A stretch of 64,000 bases of DNA from Candidatus Velthaea sp. (lineage in GTDB: Bacteria; Vulcanimicrobiota; Vulcanimicrobiia; Vulcanimicrobiales; Vulcanimicrobiaceae): contig CBDCCS010000021.1 in the NCBI GenBank assembly GCA_965214935.1, positions 64,001-128,000 of the forward strand. The letters are read 5' to 3'. The notes under the pieces were generated by a model. It saw only the letters and a program-made list of their open reading frames with translations. It was not told the DNA's origin and ran no database searches. The stretch's first letter is position 1, and each line of letters opens with the position of its first letter. Positions 59,041-64,000 of the stretch are shown piece by piece. Both the position numbers and the translations under genes were made by a program.

Positions 59041-62000
59041 ATGTGGTTAACGAGTCTTTTTGTTAAGCGTTCAACGCTCGTCTTCGTTGTGTTGGCCATC
59101 GTCGGGTTGGCCGGGACGATCTCGTGGCTGACGCTCGTTCGTCAACAGTATCCGAACGTTTCGCAACCGACCATTCGCGTGCAACTTAGCTATAGCGGCG
59201 CGACGACGACGGTGATGCGCGACAGCATCGTCGCACCGATCGAAGACCAGATCGCCGGCAGTCCCGATTTGCAAACGATGTCGTCGACGATTCAAAACGG
59301 TCAGGCGACGATTGCGGCGATCTTCACGTTGACGTCGGACGAAAACACCGATCTTGTCAACGTTCAAAAAGCCGTTCAGGCCGCAAGTCATAATTTACCG
59401 AGCGATCTTACATCGCCGACTGTTTCGGTCAACGATCCCAGTGAAGCCGTCGTGGTCACGCTCTCACTGTCATCCTCGAAGATGACCGCCAGCGATCTAT
59501 CGCTCGTCGCTCAAGGCCGGATCGTTCCGGCGTTCGAGCAAGTGCCGGGGATCTCGAACGTCACCGAAGGCGGCAACGTGACGCCGGCCTACGAGGTCAC
59601 CGTCGATCCGCAGCGGCTCGTGGCACACCGGCTTACACTCAACGACGTTCTTACGACCGTCGGCGCCAGCAACGTACGCGCGCCGGGCGGGATCGTCTAT
59701 GCGCCGAACCGTGAAACGAACGTCGACATTCGCGGCGATATCATTACGCCCGAGTCCGTGCTCGGCTTGCCGATCTCGGCACCCGTGTCCAATGCCGCCG
59801 CTGTCACCGCCGGCGCGGTCAGCGGGAGCGCCGGAACGATCGATCCGTGGACGTCGGCAAGCTCCGTGCTACGCGTCGGCGATGTCGCCAGTGTTGCCGA
59901 TAGCTACGAGCCGCGCCGCCAAGCAGCGACCGTCAACGGCCTCAACGGCGTATTCTTACAGATTCAAAAAGCGTCCGACGCATCGGAAGTCGATGCTTCC
60001 AAAAATGCGCTCGCGGCACTGCCTAAAGTGCGCAAGCAATTTCCGGACATCAATTTCAACGTCATCAACGTTCAGTCGAAGTACACCGCGCAACAGCTCG
60101 ACGGCGTCGTGCGAACGCTCATCGAGGGCATCGTGCTGACCGGCATCGTGATGCTGTTCTTCTTAGGTTCCTGGCGTAACGCAATCGTCGTGCTCATCGC
60201 GATCCCGACATCGCTCGGCGTCGCACTCTTCGTGATGAAGATGCTCGGGCTGACGCTCGACACGATCTCACTGCTCGGCATGACGCTCGTCATCGGCATT
60301 CTCGTCGACGACTCGACCGTCGTACTCGAAAATATCGAACGTCACCATCAGATGGGTCAGGAGCCCGAAGCCGCCGCGATCACGGGCCGTACGGAGATCG
60401 GCGTTGCGGCAATCGTCATTACGCTCGTCGACGTCGTCGTCTTTTTACCGATTGCGTTCATTCAAAGTCAAGTCGGTCGCAATCTCGCCGAGTTTGGTAT
60501 CGTCATCGTGATTGCAACGTTGACGTCGCTTTTCGTCTGTTTCACGATCACGCCGTCGCTCGCGGCAAATTGGGCGCTCCGCGGAAATTGGCGCCCATGG
60601 CCGATCATTCGCGCCTTCGAGCGCGGATTCGATAATGTGCGCAGCTGGTATGCCCATCGCGTCCTGCCATGGGGTCTGCGCCACCGGGTTCCGTTCTCGC
60701 TCGCGTGTCTCGCGTCGTTCGTCGGCGCAATTGCGCTCGTACCCACCGGGATCGTCGGCGAAGAATTCATTCCGCCCAACGATCGCGGTGAGATCTTTAT
60801 TCAAGTGCAATATCCGGTCGGCACACCGCTGGCGAGGCTGCGCTATGAGATGACGAATCTCGAGAAAGCCATTCGCAACAACGGCGATATCGATGCCGAT
60901 ATTGCCGTTGCCGGCGCATACTCCGCACCGTTCGGCGGTTTCGTCACGCAAGGCAACGTCGGTCAAGTGCACATTTGGCTCAAGGACGATCGGGCACACC
61001 CCACGAGCTATTGGGTCGACGAATTTCGGCGCATCGCCCTGCAGCGTGTACCCGGCGGAAATCCGATCGTCGTGCCGGCCACCGGGACGCAAGGCGGCAA
61101 CGCTCAACCGATCGATGAACTCGTCACCGATATTTCCGGCGGCGATCCCACGAAGTACGCACTCGCCGCGTACGGCATCATGCAGAAAACGGCCGGTGCG
61201 GCCAATGTGATCAGTTCCGATGCCGCACAGCAGCCGCAAGTCGAGTTACAATTCGATCGGGCAAAGGCGCAAGCGCTCAACGTTAGCATCGGTACGGCGG
61301 CAACTGCGGCGCGGGCGGCGTTCGGCGGCTCGATTGCAACGCAATTTGAGACGCCCGACGGACTTAAACAAGTTCAAGTCATCTATCCGATCGAGGATCA
61401 GACGAGCCTCGAAGCGTTCAACGCCATTCCGATCCGCTCGACGACCAATGCAATCGTGCACCTCGGCGATTTTGCGAGCTTCAAATGGGAACCGGCTCCG
61501 CCGCTGATCATCCGCGTCGATCGCAACTCCGTCGTGCACATTAGCGCGAACGTCGCGCCGGGCGCGTCGCTCTCGAACGTGCAAGCATCGTTTCTCGATG
61601 CAATTAAACGAACGGCGGCACAGCAGAAATGGCCGAACACGATCGTCGTGCGGCCGGCGCCGTTGGGTCAGCAAGACCTCATGGGCCAAACGCTGCTCGG
61701 CTTGGGCACGTCGCTCATCCTGTCGGTCGTGCTCGTGTTCTTGTTGATGGTTGCACTCTATAACAGCTATCGTTCGCCGTTCATCATTCTCTTCTCCGTG
61801 CCGGTCGCAGCGGTCGGCGCGTTGGGAGCACTTGCACTAACGCACGAAACGTTGAACTTGTTCTCGCTCATCGGGACGATCTTGCTCGTCGGCTTAGTTA
61901 CGAAAAACGGCATCTTACTCGTCGACTATGCCAATACGTTACGCGCTCGTGGTGAGAGCAAATTGCAAGCGATCCAGGAAAGCGCGTTTACCCGGTTCCG

Positions 62001-62274
62001 GCCGATCGTTATGACGAGCGTCTCGGTGATCGCCGGAAACTTTCCGCTCGCACTTGCGCTCGAGCCAGGCTCGATCGTGCGCTCGAGTTTGGGCGTCGTC
62101 GTCATCGGCGGTATCACCAGCTCGCTCATTCTCACCCTCGTACTCGTACCGATCATGTACATGTGGCTGGCGCCCGAGAACTATGCAGCCGATAAGATTA
62201 AGGCCGCGCCGGGAACGCCGCGCGCCGACGTCAACGCCGAACGGCAACCGGCAGGGGTCGGCGTGCGCGCTTAG
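59041..62274 (+). CDS. RND (AcrB-like) efflux permease
   Basis: GILVDDSTVVLENI, GLVTKNGILLVDY, RFRPIVMT; 1077 aa. Confidence 0.95.
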   Translation: MWLTSLFVKRSTLVFVVLAIVGLAGTISWLTLVRQQYPNVSQPTIRVQLSYSGATTTVMRDSIVAPIEDQIAGSPDLQTMSSTIQNGQATIAAIFTLTSDENTDLVNVQKAVQAASHNLPSDLTSPTVSVNDPSEAVVVTLSLSSSKMTASDLSLVAQGRIVPAFEQVPGISNVTEGGNVTPAYEVTVDPQRLVAHRLTLNDVLTTVGASNVRAPGGIVYAPNRETNVDIRGDIITPESVLGLPISAPVSNAAAVTAGAVSGSAGTIDPWTSASSVLRVGDVASVADSYEPRRQAATVNGLNGVFLQIQKASDASEVDASKNALAALPKVRKQFPDINFNVINVQSKYTAQQLDGVVRTLIEGIVLTGIVMLFFLGSWRNAIVVLIAIPTSLGVALFVMKMLGLTLDTISLLGMTLVIGILVDDSTVVLENIERHHQMGQEPEAAAITGRTEIGVAAIVITLVDVVVFLPIAFIQSQVGRNLAEFGIVIVIATLTSLFVCFTITPSLAANWALRGNWRPWPIIRAFERGFDNVRSWYAHRVLPWGLRHRVPFSLACLASFVGAIALVPTGIVGEEFIPPNDRGEIFIQVQYPVGTPLARLRYEMTNLEKAIRNNGDIDADIAVAGAYSAPFGGFVTQGNVGQVHIWLKDDRAHPTSYWVDEFRRIALQRVPGGNPIVVPATGTQGGNAQPIDELVTDISGGDPTKYALAAYGIMQKTAGAANVISSDAAQQPQVELQFDRAKAQALNVSIGTAATAARAAFGGSIATQFETPDGLKQVQVIYPIEDQTSLEAFNAIPIRSTTNAIVHLGDFASFKWEPAPPLIIRVDRNSVVHISANVAPGASLSNVQASFLDAIKRTAAQQKWPNTIVVRPAPLGQQDLMGQTLLGLGTSLILSVVLVFLLMVALYNSYRSPFIILFSVPVAAVGALGALALTHETLNLFSLIGTILLVGLVTKNGILLVDYANTLRARGESKLQAIQESAFTRFRPIVMTSVSVIAGNFPLALALEPGSIVRSSLGVVVIGGITSSLILTLVLVPIMYMWLAPENYAADKIKAAPGTPRADVNAERQPAGVGVRA

Positions 62275-63776
62275 AGTTCATCGGCCGAGGCACCGATGAG
62301 CGCCGGGTTTGATTTGCGATAGCCGTAGCAGAAAAAGATCAGCAGCCCCACCGCGAGCGAACTAACGAACCAAATGAGCGTCTGCGGCGAAAGCCCGAAT
62401 ACGACGAGCACCAAGTCGATGATGATGCCGATGATGGGAAACACCGGCACGAACGGCGAGCGAAACGGCCGTTCGATGTCGGGACGCTTGGCCCGCAAAT
62501 AGATGACGCCGACCGAGACGACGATAAACGCGAGCAGCGTTCCGACGTTCACGAGATTGAGCAGCTGATCGAGCGGAACGACGAGCGTCAGCAGCGCGAT
62601 ACCGCAACCGGTGATCATGGTCATGAGCGCCGGAGTTTTGAAGCGCGGATGAATCTTCGACACGAAGGGCGGCAGCATGCCGTCGCGCGACATGACGTAA
62701 AAGATGCGCGTTTGTCCCAGCAGCGATGTTAGCGCGACGCTCGTTGTACCGGCTATGACGCCCAGCGTGATCGTCCAATCGACAAACGGATTGTGTAACG
62801 GTGCGAGGGCCGAAGCAAGCGCGGCGTTTTGGTCGACCTTCTGCCACGGGACGACACCGACGAGTACGACAGCAACCGTGCAGTAGATGATCGTGCCGAT
62901 AATGAGAGCGCCGATGACGCCGACGGGGACGTCGCGTTGCGGATTAGCACACTCCTGCGCGGTCGTCGTCGCCGTGTCGAAGCCGATATAGCTGAAAAAC
63001 ACGAGCGCCGCTGCGGGTATGATGCCTGCGCCGTCGCCGCCGGAAAAGGGCTGCAGTTTACCCCAGCCCAGCGGAGCGAACGGCACTAAATTACTCGGAT
63101 GGAACAGCGCTAATCCGAAGATGACGAACACGACGAGCGCACCGATTTTAAGCACGACGAAGATGTTGTTGGTCGTTGCGGTCTCGCGAATGCCCACGAC
63201 TAAGAGCGCGGAGAGTGCCAGCACGAATAAAGCGCCGACGATATCGTATTGCGAGTGTAAGAAATCCCACTGCCAAAATGCAAACCATGGTCCGTTCGCA
63301 ACGAAATGCGAGGTCTGTGCCCAGTGCGGCAGGATCACGCCGAAACTGCGTAACAGCGTTTGAAACGTTCCGCTAAATTGCTGAGCCACCGGCGCGGCAC
63401 TGATGCCGTATTCGAATAGCAATGCGAAACCGATGATCCACGCAACGAGTTTGCCCAGCGTTGCATAAGCGTAGGTATACGCGCTGCCGGCGATCGGAAC
63501 CATCGCGCCAAGTTCGGCATAACACAGTGCGGCAAAAAACGACGCAGTTCCGGCCAGAACGAATGCGGCGATGATCGCCGGTCCGGCGATGCGGACGCCG
63601 GGACCGATGGTGGTAAAGATACCGCCGCCGATCATCGTACCGAGCCCGACGGCCATAAGATCGCGCGCGCCGAGCGCGCGTTTGAGGGTATTGCGCCGGC
63701 TTTCGTTTCGTAACCGCTCGAGCGATGTCGTCGCAAAAAGCCGCCCGAATAACGCCGACGAGCGAGATGCCATCAT
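62271..63776 (-). CDS. APC-family amino acid permease (cationic amino acid transporter-like)
   Basis: LKRALG, MIGGGIF, LCYAELGAMVP.AGSAY.Y, FSYIGFD, RPFRSP. Confidence 0.92.
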   Translation of the reverse strand: MMASRSSALFGRLFATTSLERLRNESRRNTLKRALGARDLMAVGLGTMIGGGIFTTIGPGVRIAGPAIIAAFVLAGTASFFAALCYAELGAMVPIAGSAYTYAYATLGKLVAWIIGFALLFEYGISAAPVAQQFSGTFQTLLRSFGVILPHWAQTSHFVANGPWFAFWQWDFLHSQYDIVGALFVLALSALLVVGIRETATTNNIFVVLKIGALVVFVIFGLALFHPSNLVPFAPLGWGKLQPFSGGDGAGIIPAAALVFFSYIGFDTATTTAQECANPQRDVPVGVIGALIIGTIIYCTVAVVLVGVVPWQKVDQNAALASALAPLHNPFVDWTITLGVIAGTTSVALTSLLGQTRIFYVMSRDGMLPPFVSKIHPRFKTPALMTMITGCGIALLTLVVPLDQLLNLVNVGTLLAFIVVSVGVIYLRAKRPDIERPFRSPFVPVFPIIGIIIDLVLVVFGLSPQTLIWFVSSLAVGLLIFFCYGYRKSNPALIGASADEL

Positions 63777-64000
63777 CGCCGGTACAACGCAGCGCCACAA
63801 CTTCCCGCCGACGAATGCAGCGCGTGGAGTGTCGTTTCTTTCGCTCGGCGACCGCGTCGTGCTAATTGAAGTGCACGTCAATCAAATCGAGCCGATTCGG
63901 CGTAATGCATGACGACACCAAGGTCGCCGCCCTTGTCCTTGACCGGGCCGGGCAACCTCATATATACTCAGCGGGTGGCGATATATATCACAAATCCTGA

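Overview
GC-rich bacterial chromosomal window from a diderm: it encodes a TonB-dependent receptor, an OmpA-domain protein and a cytochrome-porin. The gene mix (DUF5693, sedolisin, phosphoribulokinase, rhodopsin) is compatible with an acidic-soil lineage such as Ca. Eremiobacterota, but that taxonomy is inference only. Core genes are hom, metX, eno, ndk, birA, fabH, acpS, nnr, a cystathionine gamma-synthase/lyase, ligA, an RND pair, and tRNA-Val, tRNA-Glu and tRNA-Ile2/Met. Accessory modules of most interest: (1) a membrane protein ending in an RGPP ribosome-arrest-like motif whose codons can pair with the RBS of the downstream TonB receptor, converging on a Cyc2-like cytochrome-porin/YceI pair; (2) a DTG-motif rhodopsin; (3) a CbbF-like FBPase with substitutions concentrated at active-site positions, coupled to an intact phosphoribulokinase; (4) a TsgA-MFS / Asn-type nucleosidase / adenosine deaminase cassette; (5) a membrane-anchored, Cys-less transglutaminase-fold protein with a distinct C-terminal tip carrying its own RBS, beside SMI1/KNR4 and OmpA genes; (6) a glf-GT-GH1-GH43 glycan cluster. 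I saw no CRISPR array, integrase, transposase or rRNA. All family calls come from motif recognition by eye; no searches were run.
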